Of a stretch of 64,000 bases of DNA, positions 23,669-33,783 are shown piece by piece. The stretch covers positions 154,656 through 218,655 of the forward strand of contig JAZUBQ010000023.1 of assembly GCA_045638525.1 (NCBI GenBank), read 5' to 3'. The notes under the pieces are model-generated. The model did no database searches. It was not told the origin of the DNA and saw only the letters and a program-made list of their open reading frames with translations. The translations under genes were made by a program, and so were the position numbers. Numbering within the stretch: the first letter of the stretch is position 1; the number at the start of each line of letters is the position of its first letter. Source of the stretch: Clostridia bacterium. Lineage in GTDB: Bacteria; Bacillota; Clostridia; UMGS1840.

Positions 23669-26600
23669 ATGTACGAAAAAGTGTCTGCAAATTTAAACTT
23701 TGTGGAAAGAGAAAAGAAAACCGAATTATTTTGGAAAGAGAATGGCATCTTTGAAAAGAGTATTGAGTCTCGAAAAGAAGGGGAAACCTTTACCTTTTAT
23801 GACGGTCCCCCGACTGCAAACGGAAAACCTCATATCGGACACGTATTAACCCGTGTTATCAAAGATATGATTCCCCGTTACAAAACCATGAAGGGATACC
23901 ACGTGCTTCGTAAAGCAGGTTGGGATACGCACGGTCTGCCCGTTGAATTGGAAGTGGAAAAGAAACTGGGCTTAGACGGAAAAGAACAGATTGAAGAATA
24001 CGGTCTGGAACCCTTTATTAAAGAATGTAAAGAAAGCGTATGGAAATACAAAGGAATGTGGGAAGACTTTTCGGGAACTGTTGGTTTCTGGGCAGATATG
24101 GACAACCCCTACGTTACCTATACCAACGATTTTATCGAATCCGAATGGTGGGCATTAAAACAAATCTGGGATAAAGGTCTTTTATACAAAGGCTTTAAAA
24201 TTGTGCCCTATTGTCCCCGTTGCGGAACTCCCTTGTCCAGCCATGAAGTAGCACAAGGCTATAAAGATGTAAAAGAAAAATCCGCAATCGCAAAATTCAA
24301 AGTGAAAGGTACCGATAACGAGTACATTTTAGCTTGGACCACCACTCCCTGGACCTTACCCTCCAACGTGGCACTTTGTGTCAATCCCGATGAAACTTAT
24401 GTAAAAATTGAAACCGAAGGGGTTAAATATATTTTAGCAGAAGCGTTGGTTGCAAGTGTGATTGAAACCGAATATACCCTTTTGGAAACCTATGTAGGGA
24501 AAGATTTGGAATTTACCGAATACGAACCTCTCTTTGATTTTGCAAAACCTGACAAAAAAGCATACTATGTGGTGTGTGACCACTATGTAACCTTAACCGA
24601 TGGGACCGGCGTAGTTCATATTGCGCCTGCATTCGGGGAAGACGATGCTCAAGTTGGCAGAAAATATGATTTGCCCTTTGTACAGTTGGTAAACTCCCGT
24701 GGTGAAATGACCGCAGAAACTCCCTGGGCAGGTATGTTCTGTAAAGATGCGGACAAAGAAGTGTTTATTGATTTAGATAAAAGAGGTCTGCTGTTTAAAG
24801 CCTTACCCTTTGAACATTCTTATCCCTTCTGCTGGAGATGTGATACTCCCTTAATTTATTATGCAAGAGACTCTTGGTTCATCAAAATGACCGAGGTGAA
24901 AGAAAACCTTATCAAAAACAACAATACCGTAAACTGGATTCCCGAATCCATCGGTAAAGGAAGATTTGGCGACTGGCTCAATAATGTTCAGGATTGGGGT
25001 GTTAGCCGTGACCGTTATTGGGGTACTCCTTTAAATATCTGGCAGTGTGAATGCGGACATCGTCACGCAATCGGAAGCATCCAGGAATTAAAGAGTATGT
25101 CTGATAACTGTCCCGATGAAATTGAATTGCACCGTCCCTTTATTGATGCAGTCACCATCAAATGTCCTCAGTGTGAAAAACAGATGCACCGTGTAACCGA
25201 AGTTATCGACTGTTGGTTTGACTCCGGGGCAATGCCTTTTGCACAGTGGCACTATCCCTTTGAAAACAAAGAAATTTTTGAAGAAAATTTCCCTGCAGAC
25301 TTTATCAGTGAAGCAGTGGACCAGACCCGTGGTTGGTTCTATTCTCTGCTCGCTATCTCTACTTTGATTTTTGATAAAGCACCTTATAAAAATGTTATCG
25401 TGTTAGGTCACGTTCAGGATGAAAACGGTCAGAAAATGTCCAAATCCAAAGGCAACGCTGTTGACCCCTTTGAAGCGTTGGCAGAACACGGTGCAGATGC
25501 AATCCGTTGGTATTTCTATTCCAACTCTGCTCCCTGGTTACCCAACAAATTCCATAAAGGTGCGGTAACTGAAGGACAGAGAAAGTTTATGGGTACTCTC
25601 TGGAACACCTACGCATTCTTTGTGCTGTATGCAAATATTGACGGTTTTGATGCCACCAAATACACTTTGGAATATGACAAACTGCCCGTAATGGACAAAT
25701 GGTTATTATCCAAATTAAACACCTTAACCCAGACGGTGGATACCTATCTGGATGACTACAAAATTACCGAAACTGCAAGAGTTCTGGATGATTTTGTGGA
25801 TGAACTCAGTAACTGGTATGTTCGTCGTTCCAGAGAACGTTTCTGGGGCAAGGAAATGACACAGGATAAAATCAATGCGTATATGACCTTATATACCGCT
25901 TTGGTAACCTTGTCCAAATTATCTGCTCCCATGATTCCCTTTATGGCAGAAGATATCTACAGAAACTTAGTTTGCTCCATTGATAAATCTGCTCCCGAAA
26001 GCGTTCATTTGTGTGATTTCCCCGTTGCCAATACCGAATGGATTGACAAGGATCTGGAAGAAAAAATGAATCAGGTAGTTGACATTGTTGTGTTAGGTCG
26101 TGCTGCAAGAAACTCTGCCAACATCAAAAATCGTCAGCCCATTGGTAAAATGTTTGTGAAAGCAGACAACACTCTGCCTGAATTTTTCCGGGAAATTATT
26201 GCGGAAGAACTGAATGTAAAAGAAGTTCTCTTTACCGACAGCGTAAAAGATTTCACTTCTTATTCTTTCAAACCGCAGCTGAAAACCTTAGGTCCCCGTT
26301 TTGGAAAACAGTTGGGTGAACTTCGTACCGTTTTAGCTGAATTAGACGGTATGGCTGCTATGGATGAATTAGAAACCAAAGGTACTTTAACCATTACCTT
26401 AGGCGGAAATGAAGAAGCATTAACCAAAGATGACTTGCTCATCGAATCTGCTCAGGTTCCCGGTTATGAATCCAATTCCGATTACGGAATCACCGTGGTG
26501 TTAGACACCAATTTAACCGAAGAACTGCTGGAAGAAGGCTTTGTGAGAGAAGTGGTTTCCAAAATTCAGACCATGAGAAAAGACACCGGTTTTGAAGTGA

Positions 26601-26782
26601 CTGACCATATCGTTGTTTCCGTTTGCGGTAATGACAAGGTGGCAGACATTATGAAACGCAATGAAGAAACCATCAAAGAAGATGTTTTGGCAACCGAAAT
26701 TTCCTACGGAAGTCTGGACGGCGAAGCAAAACATTGGAATGTAAACGGTGAAGAAGTTGATTTTGCCGTTAAAAAATGCTAA
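23669..26782 (+). CDS. ileS: Isoleucyl-tRNA synthetase (type 2-like)
   Basis: DGPPTANGKPHIGH, GWDTHGLP, WTTTPWTLPSN, DWGVSRDRYWGTP, DQTRGWFY, KMSKS. 1037 aa with no C-terminal Zn finger; Ile T-box upstream. Confidence 0.96.
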   Translation: MYEKVSANLNFVEREKKTELFWKENGIFEKSIESRKEGETFTFYDGPPTANGKPHIGHVLTRVIKDMIPRYKTMKGYHVLRKAGWDTHGLPVELEVEKKLGLDGKEQIEEYGLEPFIKECKESVWKYKGMWEDFSGTVGFWADMDNPYVTYTNDFIESEWWALKQIWDKGLLYKGFKIVPYCPRCGTPLSSHEVAQGYKDVKEKSAIAKFKVKGTDNEYILAWTTTPWTLPSNVALCVNPDETYVKIETEGVKYILAEALVASVIETEYTLLETYVGKDLEFTEYEPLFDFAKPDKKAYYVVCDHYVTLTDGTGVVHIAPAFGEDDAQVGRKYDLPFVQLVNSRGEMTAETPWAGMFCKDADKEVFIDLDKRGLLFKALPFEHSYPFCWRCDTPLIYYARDSWFIKMTEVKENLIKNNNTVNWIPESIGKGRFGDWLNNVQDWGVSRDRYWGTPLNIWQCECGHRHAIGSIQELKSMSDNCPDEIELHRPFIDAVTIKCPQCEKQMHRVTEVIDCWFDSGAMPFAQWHYPFENKEIFEENFPADFISEAVDQTRGWFYSLLAISTLIFDKAPYKNVIVLGHVQDENGQKMSKSKGNAVDPFEALAEHGADAIRWYFYSNSAPWLPNKFHKGAVTEGQRKFMGTLWNTYAFFVLYANIDGFDATKYTLEYDKLPVMDKWLLSKLNTLTQTVDTYLDDYKITETARVLDDFVDELSNWYVRRSRERFWGKEMTQDKINAYMTLYTALVTLSKLSAPMIPFMAEDIYRNLVCSIDKSAPESVHLCDFPVANTEWIDKDLEEKMNQVVDIVVLGRAARNSANIKNRQPIGKMFVKADNTLPEFFREIIAEELNVKEVLFTDSVKDFTSYSFKPQLKTLGPRFGKQLGELRTVLAELDGMAAMDELETKGTLTITLGGNEEALTKDDLLIESAQVPGYESNSDYGITVVLDTNLTEELLEEGFVREVVSKIQTMRKDTGFEVTDHIVVSVCGNDKVADIMKRNEETIKEDVLATEISYGSLDGEAKHWNVNGEEVDFAVKKC

Positions 26783-26895
26783 TAATTCGTATGGATTTGA
26801 TGCTGTGATAATAGTATAATAAAAAGCAAAAGACAGAGCGATTCCCTTTGGAAAAACTCTGTCTTTGCCGTAATTTGAGAGGAGTGCTTTTAAAA

Positions 26896-27726
26896 ATGCC
26901 AGATATCTTAGAAATTTTAAAAGTTATTTTTATCGGAATTGTGCAGGGGATTACCGAATGGCTTCCCGTTTCCAGCACAGGACACATGATTTTAGCGGAC
27001 GAATTTGTGAAGCTGAATGTGTCGGAAGCTTTTTTGGAAATGTTTTTGGTGGTAATTCAGTTTGGTTCAATTTTAGCGGTTTTAGTGTTGTATTTCCATA
27101 AGTTGAATCCCTTTTCACCTAAGAAAACAGCGGCTGAGAAGAGCGAAACCTTAAATCTTTGGGGCAAGGTAATTGTTGGGGTTCTTCCTGCGGCGGTCAT
27201 CGGACTGTTGTTTGATGATATCTTAAACGAAATTTTTTATAACCCCGTAACCGTTACCATTACGCTGATTGTATATGGTGTTTTGTTTATCCTTCTGGAA
27301 AATCGCAACAAAAAGCTTTCTCCGAAAATCAATGCATTATCTGAACTTACTTATCGGACAGCACTCTATATTGGGCTGTTTCAGCTGTTGTCCTTGATTC
27401 CCGGAACTTCTCGTTCCGGCTCCACCATCTTGGGTGCAATGCTGATTGGATCTTCTCGTTTTGTGGCGGCAGAATATTCCTTCTTTTTGGCAATTCCCGT
27501 AATGTGTGGTGCCAGTCTGTTAAAAGTGGCGAAGTTTATGCTGTCAAACACTTTAGCAGGCGGAGAAATTGTGATTCTTGCCGTGGGGATGGTTGTGGCG
27601 TTTTTGGTATCGGTATTTGCCATCAAATTCCTGATGGGATACATCAAAAAACACGATTTCAAAGCCTTCGGTTATTACCGTATTATTTTGGGGATTATTG
27701 TTGCGCTATACTTCATTTTTTGTTAA
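26896..27726 (+). CDS. uppP: Undecaprenyl-diphosphatase (BacA family)
   Basis: [42 protein letters not shown]. Start moved to the ATG behind GAGGAG. Confidence 0.93.
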   Translation: MPDILEILKVIFIGIVQGITEWLPVSSTGHMILADEFVKLNVSEAFLEMFLVVIQFGSILAVLVLYFHKLNPFSPKKTAAEKSETLNLWGKVIVGVLPAAVIGLLFDDILNEIFYNPVTVTITLIVYGVLFILLENRNKKLSPKINALSELTYRTALYIGLFQLLSLIPGTSRSGSTILGAMLIGSSRFVAAEYSFFLAIPVMCGASLLKVAKFMLSNTLAGGEIVILAVGMVVAFLVSVFAIKFLMGYIKKHDFKAFGYYRIILGIIVALYFIFC

Positions 27727-27742
27727 AAACAGGTCAGTTTAT

Positions 27743-27775
27743 TTGCCCGAAAAGCAATTTTCGGGCAATTTTTTT
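27743..27775 (+). terminator. Intrinsic terminator after uppP
   Basis: TTGCCCGAAAA/TTTTCGGGCAA hairpin plus T run. Confidence 0.7.
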
Positions 27776-27867
27776 ATTTTTATCAAAAAAAGTTTTGTGA
27801 GTGAAATTCCTTGGTAAATCAGTGATTTTACAGGATTTTGATTCGGAAAAATCGGGCTGGGAAAAAC

Positions 27868-27912
27868 TGTAAATGTTTTGTAATTGCATTGTAACATAGT
27901 TTATGCTATAAT
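27868..27912 (+). promoter_or_regulatory. Promoter overlapped by three tandem WalR-type half-sites
   Basis: TGTAAA-N5-TGTAAT-N5-TGTAAC (WalR consensus TGTWAH-N5-TGTWAH), overlapping TTGCAT-17 nt-TATAAT with extended TGn. Confidence 0.6.
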
Positions 27913-27976
27913 AGCAGTGCAACATAGGATAGTGTCGTTTGTGTGCAAATAGATTTTTACGAAGGAGGAAACGCTT

Positions 27977-28426
27977 ATGAGACGGAAGTTATTGTGTTTG
28001 GTTTGTGTTCTGTTATGTTTGTTTACTGTATGTTCTTATGCGGCACCTTCTTCTATTTTATCAAAAGACTCCGGCACTTCGGGTCTGATTACCGTAACCA
28101 ATCCCGCGAAAAACTATTCCACCACTTACAACAAAAATATCACGTTGTCCGGTTATGCACCTGCTCATTCCGATGTGTATGTTTATGTGTATGACGGAAA
28201 CAGCTATAAACCCTACTATCAAAACGGCAGCGCATTGAGTGTTTCTGTGGGAGCATCCGGTATCTTTGCCATTCCGGTGAACTTATCTTCCGGAAAGAAT
28301 CTGTTCCTGCTTCGTGCAGAATCTGAGGATTCTTATCAGAATATCACGTTTGAAGTCAACGTTTTGAGTTCTGCCATGTTTGGCTTGATTGATCGCTTGA
28401 AATCTTTAGCCTTTAGTTTTAAATAA
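27977..28426 (+). CDS. Small secreted beta-rich (Ig-like) hypothetical protein
   Basis: RBS AAGGAGG, signal peptide MRRKLLCLVCVLLCLFTVCSYA, beta-strand-rich mature part. Confidence 0.7.
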   Translation: MRRKLLCLVCVLLCLFTVCSYAAPSSILSKDSGTSGLITVTNPAKNYSTTYNKNITLSGYAPAHSDVYVYVYDGNSYKPYYQNGSALSVSVGASGIFAIPVNLSSGKNLFLLRAESEDSYQNITFEVNVLSSAMFGLIDRLKSLAFSFK

Positions 28427-28504
28427 GTTTTAACAGCGTGGATTTAATTTGTTAAAACTTGATTTCCCTTTGCAGACCTTATGGAAGTGTAAGGAGTATT
28501 CTTT

Positions 28505-29863
28505 GTGAAAAAGGAATTTTTTAAAACAGCAGTTTTGACCTGTTTGGTCATTTCTTCTTTGATGCTGTCTGTTCATATTTGGTATGAGAAAGAATTATGG
28601 TCCTGGGACTATAGTTCTTTTGTGTATTCATTGAAAAATTTATTTGAAAAAGAGAATTCCGGCAAATTTTCCAGTACCGATGAATTGGTCTACTGGAGTG
28701 AATTTTCGCCGGAATTTATTTCGTTTACCTACGGTTCTCAAAAAATGATAGCCTACAATTCTTCTCCCGAGTTTGAAGATGCCCTCTCGGTGGTTTCTCA
28801 GGCTGTGGATTCTTTAACAAAGGAAGGGGAACTTGTTTCCATTACCGAGGAAGAATATTTGAATACCTATAAAACCAACAGCGTAATGTTAAAATTTCCG
28901 GTGGAAGTCAATCTGCGGGAGTTTTTAAAACAGGATGATGACTTTTTTGGAACTGTGAAGAATCCCTACGTCACTACAGTGGTAATCGGGATTGATGAGT
29001 CGCAGAACAATTACCTTTCGTTTTTTAACAATGACACAGGTCACGCCCATCGGATGTCGGTCAGCACCGGCGTGGATTCTGTAGCGATTGCAGAATCCAT
29101 TCTTTCTTCCGGGCAAAATTCTTCCTTTGCGTTTGAATTGAATTTTGACGTAAAAAAAGATGACAGTGAACGTATTTTATTTCATCGGTTTGTTCCCATC
29201 ACGTTGGAAGAAACCACCTTACAGTCATTAAAAGCACAACCTGTTTTCTATTCTTCGGATTATGACGGCATTTTTAAAGCATTGGGAATTGTGAAAAATT
29301 CTGCCCGTACCTATCGTGACAAAGAGGGGACAGTGCATTTTATTGAAAACCGTTCCACCTTGAAAATTTTTGAAGAAGGTGCATTTTATTTTGAAGCCAC
29401 TGAGCCGGAAGCGGGAGTCAGCTTGACGAATAATGATGAAAAACAAGCGGTTTTGGAATTTGTGAATCTGTTATATCAGAATATCGCTCCCAAAAGCGAT
29501 GCCTATCTCAGATTGTATCATATTCAAACAGCAGATGGGCAAACAGAATATGAGTTTGTATATCAAACCAGAAACGGCGCTTTGTATCTGGAGGGAGAAC
29601 CTGCAGTGCGGGTCGTGGTGGAAAACGGCGTGATTGTGACATATGAACAGCGATTGCTGGAAGTCTCTGTTGCCGGAGCAACCAAAACTACACTCAGTGT
29701 GTTGGAAGCGTACGATTCGCTGTATGACAGGGCAGATTTCAGCGAAAAAAGCAAACTGACCATCCGTAGTATGATTCCATGTCATATTATGAGAGATAGC
29801 GAAATTGAGGTTGGTTGGATATTCGGTTTTTCAGACAATTCTTTTGTATCTGTAATTCCGTAA
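28505..29863 (+). CDS. YycH-like two-component system accessory protein
   Basis: N-terminal anchor KTAVLTCLVISSLMLSVHIW typical of YycH, ~450 aa, followed by a YycI-like gene. Confidence 0.6.
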   Translation: MKKEFFKTAVLTCLVISSLMLSVHIWYEKELWSWDYSSFVYSLKNLFEKENSGKFSSTDELVYWSEFSPEFISFTYGSQKMIAYNSSPEFEDALSVVSQAVDSLTKEGELVSITEEEYLNTYKTNSVMLKFPVEVNLREFLKQDDDFFGTVKNPYVTTVVIGIDESQNNYLSFFNNDTGHAHRMSVSTGVDSVAIAESILSSGQNSSFAFELNFDVKKDDSERILFHRFVPITLEETTLQSLKAQPVFYSSDYDGIFKALGIVKNSARTYRDKEGTVHFIENRSTLKIFEEGAFYFEATEPEAGVSLTNNDEKQAVLEFVNLLYQNIAPKSDAYLRLYHIQTADGQTEYEFVYQTRNGALYLEGEPAVRVVVENGVIVTYEQRLLEVSVAGATKTTLSVLEAYDSLYDRADFSEKSKLTIRSMIPCHIMRDSEIEVGWIFGFSDNSFVSVIP

Positions 29864-29923
29864 ACTTTTATTGGAAAAACTATAACAGAGAATTCTTCAT
29901 CTTTGGAAAGGAGTGAGTGTTTG

Positions 29924-30787
29924 ATGCAATGGCAACGGGCAAAAACCATCTTGATTGTAGTGTTTTTTTTGATTAATGTGTTGTTGGTATCGTATCTGTT
30001 TATGGAAGAAAACCGTTCCGATGGACAAGCACTTTCTGATTTAACAAACGTCCTTTCCCGCAATCAGATTACCTTGGAAATGACCATGTTACCCCGTTGG
30101 GAAAAGCAGGTTTTGGTGCCTGAATGGAACAGTCCGGTTTTGAGTTTAAAACAAGCCGAAGCGTTGATGGATTCTCCGGTGGCAATTAAGGACGGCTATT
30201 CGGATTCTGCAAAAACTTGCACATTGGTTGTTTCCAACAATCAGTTATCTTATCAAAATCTTAATCCCAATGATAAAAAATTCCGTAAAGTTACCGCAAA
30301 AAATGTAACTTCCAAACTAAAAGATGTGATGGACGTTTTGGGAGTTGAAAAATGGGTAACACCCGTGGAAATTTTAGAACAGGATAACACCATCACCGTT
30401 ATCTATGAATATCAGATTGCAAAACGGAAACTGTTCGGTTCCAAACTTGCGGTTACGGTTTCTTCGGACGGGATTTTAAAAATGGAAGGATTTTTGGGGA
30501 TTCCTGACCAAAAGAATGGATTTTCCTACAGTCTTTCTCAATTGGAAACCGTTTTGCTGAGTCTGGCACAAAATAATGAAGACGAATATGCCATTTCCAA
30601 TATCGAGCTTGGGTATTATCTTGGTAGTTATCGGGATGCATTGGTTTCGCAGGCAATTCCCATTTATGTGGTTACCACTTCCCAAGAAACACTGTTTCTG
30701 GATGCCAGAGACGGTGTAGAAAATACCCAGCGAAATCTTTCTTACCTCGAGAAAGGAGACAACAATGAAGAAGTTTCTGGTGATTGA
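29924..30787 (+). CDS. YycI-like two-component system accessory protein
   Basis: MQWQRAKTILIVVFFLINVLL matches the characteristic YycI N-terminus. C-terminal IELGYY..AIPIYVV. Confidence 0.75.
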   Translation: MQWQRAKTILIVVFFLINVLLVSYLFMEENRSDGQALSDLTNVLSRNQITLEMTMLPRWEKQVLVPEWNSPVLSLKQAEALMDSPVAIKDGYSDSAKTCTLVVSNNQLSYQNLNPNDKKFRKVTAKNVTSKLKDVMDVLGVEKWVTPVEILEQDNTITVIYEYQIAKRKLFGSKLAVTVSSDGILKMEGFLGIPDQKNGFSYSLSQLETVLLSLAQNNEDEYAISNIELGYYLGSYRDALVSQAIPIYVVTTSQETLFLDARDGVENTQRNLSYLEKGDNNEEVSGD

Positions 30788-33251
30788 TGCCAACAGTATT
30801 TTAAATCGTGCTTTTTATGCCATTCGTCCCCTGACCAACAAAGAAGGGTTGAACACCAACGGGATTTTTGGTTTTTTAAATATTTTATTAAAAGAACTGG
30901 ATGCAGAACAGCCGGATTATATTGTGTGCTGTTTTGATGTATCCCGTGTAACCTTCCGTACGGCGTTATACGGCGATTATAAGGGAACCCGAAAAGAAAC
31001 CCCTGCTGAGCTAAAAGAACAGTTTACACCCTTAAAAGAGCTTCTTACGGCTATGAATATCCCTGTGTTGGAAAAAGAAAACTACGAAGCGGATGATTTA
31101 ATCGGAACCATCTCTCGTGTTTGTTCCGAAGAACAGCTGGAATGTTTGATTTTGACCGGCGATAAAGACGATTTGCAGTTGGTAGACGAGTTTGTCAATG
31201 TGAAACTGGTGATTACCCGTATGGGGAAAACCGAAACTACCCGAATGGACATTGAAGCGGTCAAAGAAAAATACAGTGGTCTTTTGCCCAAAGAACTGAT
31301 TGATTTAAAAGCCATTATGGGGGATAAATCAGACAATATTCCCGGAGTGGCAGGCATTGGCGAAGTTGGCGGATTAAAACTGATTGCAGAATATAAAACC
31401 TTGGAAAATTTATATGAAAATATTGACTCGGTGAAAGATAGTCTCAAAAAGAAACTGCTTGCCGACAAGGAAAACGCATTTTTATCCCGGGAACTGGGCA
31501 CCATTTGTCGGGATGTTCCCATAGATACCGAAATTTCAAATTATGAAAGAAAACCTTATGATATTCCTCGTTTGACAGAAGTATTAACAAAGCTGAATTT
31601 CACCAGCTTTTTAAACCGTTTGACCGGGGAAAGTGCTCCTGCACAGCCAAAAGAGGAAATCACTATTTTCGGACGGGATGAATTTTTTGAATCTCCCATC
31701 CAAAACACACTGTATTATCTTTGTGACAAAGATTCCATTTTGGTGGAAAAAGAGGGTAGGGTTTATCAGCTTCCCTTTGATGATGAGGAATTTTTAAAGC
31801 TGTTGCAGGATAAAAACATGGTCAAAGTAACCGCACAGGTCAAACAACAGATGCATTCCGGATTCTCTTTTTCGGGAGAAGTTCGTGATGTGGCGTTGAT
31901 GGCGTATGTGTGTGACCCCAAATATAATGACGGTGACTTTTCTAAAATTTATTACCATTTTCTGTCGCAAATGGCAGAGGATGCGGCGGCATTTACCAAA
32001 TATCTGCCTGCTTTGTATCAGAAGCTTAACAGTTTGGTGGAAGAACATCAGCTCTTTTATATCAATGAAATGGAGCATCAGCTCATCGGTATCCTTTATG
32101 AAATGGAATGTCACGGTGTTAAAATTGATGCAACTTCTTTGGACACTTTATCTGCGTTGCTAACCCAAAAAACCAAAGAACTTGCGGACGCAATCTATCT
32201 GGAAGCAGGAGAATCGTTTAATATTCTGTCACCCAAACAACTGGGCACCATACTGTTTGAAAAATTGGGACTGCCTCCCGTAAAGAAAACAAAATCCGGT
32301 TATTCAACCAATGCGGAAGTGTTGGAAAAACTCAGCGGAACCCATAAAATTATTGATTTAATCAAAGAATATCGTCAGGTGACAAAATTAAATTCCACCT
32401 ATGTGGAAGGATTTCGGACAGCGATGGATGAAGATGGGATTCTTCGTACCACCTATCAGCAGACTATGACTCAGACAGGACGTTTGTCTTCTACGGAACC
32501 GAATTTACAAAACATTCCCATTCGTACTGAAGAGGGAAGAAAAATCAGAGAAGTGATTCTTCCGAAAAATGATTTGTTTATTTCTGCCGACTATTCTCAG
32601 ATTGAACTTCGTGTTCTGGCGCATATTTCCGGGGATGAAAACTTAATTCATGCCTTTATGGATGGGGAAGATGTTCATACCTCCACTGCAAAACGTCTGT
32701 TTTCGGCGGATGAAATCACACCTGACCACCGTCGTGCTGCAAAAGCGGTCAATTTTGGTCTGATTTATGGCAAAGGTGCTTTTTCTCTGGCAAAAGATTT
32801 GGGAATCAGCCGATATGAAGCACAGGAATATATCACCCGTTATCTGGGGCAGTATCCCAAAGTGGAAGACTATATGCAAAAAGTTATAGAAGATGCCACC
32901 GAAGATGGTTATACCAAAACCCTCTATCATCGTCGTCGGTATTTCCCGGAACTTCGGGAAAAGAATCATATGGTGAAAGAAGCCGGTAAACGTGCAGCAT
33001 TAAACAGCCCCATTCAAGGGACAGCTGCCGATATCATCAAACTTGCTATGATTCGGGTGCATGAAGAATTAAAACCCTACAAAAGTAAACTTTCTTTGCA
33101 GATTCACGACGAATTGGTGATTGACTGTGTCAAAGAGGAAGAAGAAGCGGTGAAAGAACTGCTCAAGCGTTGTATGGAAAACGCGGTAAACTTGTCAGTT
33201 CCGTTGGATGTTTCTCTTTCAACAGGCAACAATTTAGACGAATGTAAATAA
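30765..33251 (+). CDS. polA: DNA polymerase I
   Basis: 5'-3' exonuclease motifs IDANSILNRAFY, YEADDLIGT, GDKSDNIPGV. Polymerase motifs TGRLSSTEPNLQNIP, DYSQIELR, KAVNFGLIYG, QIHDEL. Confidence 0.97.
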   Translation: MKKFLVIDANSILNRAFYAIRPLTNKEGLNTNGIFGFLNILLKELDAEQPDYIVCCFDVSRVTFRTALYGDYKGTRKETPAELKEQFTPLKELLTAMNIPVLEKENYEADDLIGTISRVCSEEQLECLILTGDKDDLQLVDEFVNVKLVITRMGKTETTRMDIEAVKEKYSGLLPKELIDLKAIMGDKSDNIPGVAGIGEVGGLKLIAEYKTLENLYENIDSVKDSLKKKLLADKENAFLSRELGTICRDVPIDTEISNYERKPYDIPRLTEVLTKLNFTSFLNRLTGESAPAQPKEEITIFGRDEFFESPIQNTLYYLCDKDSILVEKEGRVYQLPFDDEEFLKLLQDKNMVKVTAQVKQQMHSGFSFSGEVRDVALMAYVCDPKYNDGDFSKIYYHFLSQMAEDAAAFTKYLPALYQKLNSLVEEHQLFYINEMEHQLIGILYEMECHGVKIDATSLDTLSALLTQKTKELADAIYLEAGESFNILSPKQLGTILFEKLGLPPVKKTKSGYSTNAEVLEKLSGTHKIIDLIKEYRQVTKLNSTYVEGFRTAMDEDGILRTTYQQTMTQTGRLSSTEPNLQNIPIRTEEGRKIREVILPKNDLFISADYSQIELRVLAHISGDENLIHAFMDGEDVHTSTAKRLFSADEITPDHRRAAKAVNFGLIYGKGAFSLAKDLGISRYEAQEYITRYLGQYPKVEDYMQKVIEDATEDGYTKTLYHRRRYFPELREKNHMVKEAGKRAALNSPIQGTAADIIKLAMIRVHEELKPYKSKLSLQIHDELVIDCVKEEEEAVKELLKRCMENAVNLSVPLDVSLSTGNNLDECK

Positions 33252-33284
33252 AATGTCGCAGTGATTTTCACTGCGACATTTTTT
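33250..33284. terminator. Bidirectional terminator between polA and the convergent RAYT gene
   Basis: AAAATGTCGCAGTG/CACTGCGACATTTT inverted repeat flanked by A and T runs. Confidence 0.75.
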
Positions 33285-33783
33285 CGTCATTATAAAAACA
33301 ATCCAATTCCCATTTTAGGGGATTTGTTTCAATATATTCATATATTTTTTTGTAATCTTTTTCGTTTCGGATAATATGGTCGTGAAAAGAGGTTTGGAAT
33401 ATTTGTTGTTCCGAATACCCTGCTTTTTTGCACATTCGTGTAGCAATTGATTTCAACGCACAAATTACGTCTGATATTGTAGGGCAGGGGCTTGCTCCTG
33501 CCGAAGCTTCGTAATTGGAAATAATCAGATGAATATGATTTGGCATAATAACATAACAGTCTATTTTTACACCAACATACCGTTCTTCCAAATGTTCGAT
33601 TTGTTGTTGGAGGATTTGTCCGTATATAGTCAGCCTGTTTTCGGCAGGAGCAAGCCCCTGCCCTACGGCAATTTCCGACAACAAATTTTGTCTGTCTTTT
33701 GTACAAATGGTTACAAAATATGCACCCGGTGTGGAATAGTCATATTCTTTTAATCTGGTTGGTTTTCGTTTTGAAAATTCCAT
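33268..33783 (-). mobile_element. REP-associated tyrosine transposase (RAYT, IS200/Y1 HUH family)
   Basis: [22 protein letters not shown] motif MPNHIH, FQTSFHDHIIR, catalytic YIETNP. Start placed at MEFSK. Confidence 0.88.
33479..33666. repeat. Inverted pair of GTAG-type REP sequences inside the RAYT ORF
   Basis: GTAGGGCAGGGGCTTGCTCCTGCCGA at 33479-33504 and its exact reverse complement at 33641-33666. Confidence 0.9.

Noticed and set aside
23714-23850. High-level mupirocin-resistance IleRS
   Set aside because: Type 2-like, but it keeps a canonical HIGH motif. This is the sole T-box-regulated housekeeping copy seen, with no mobile context.
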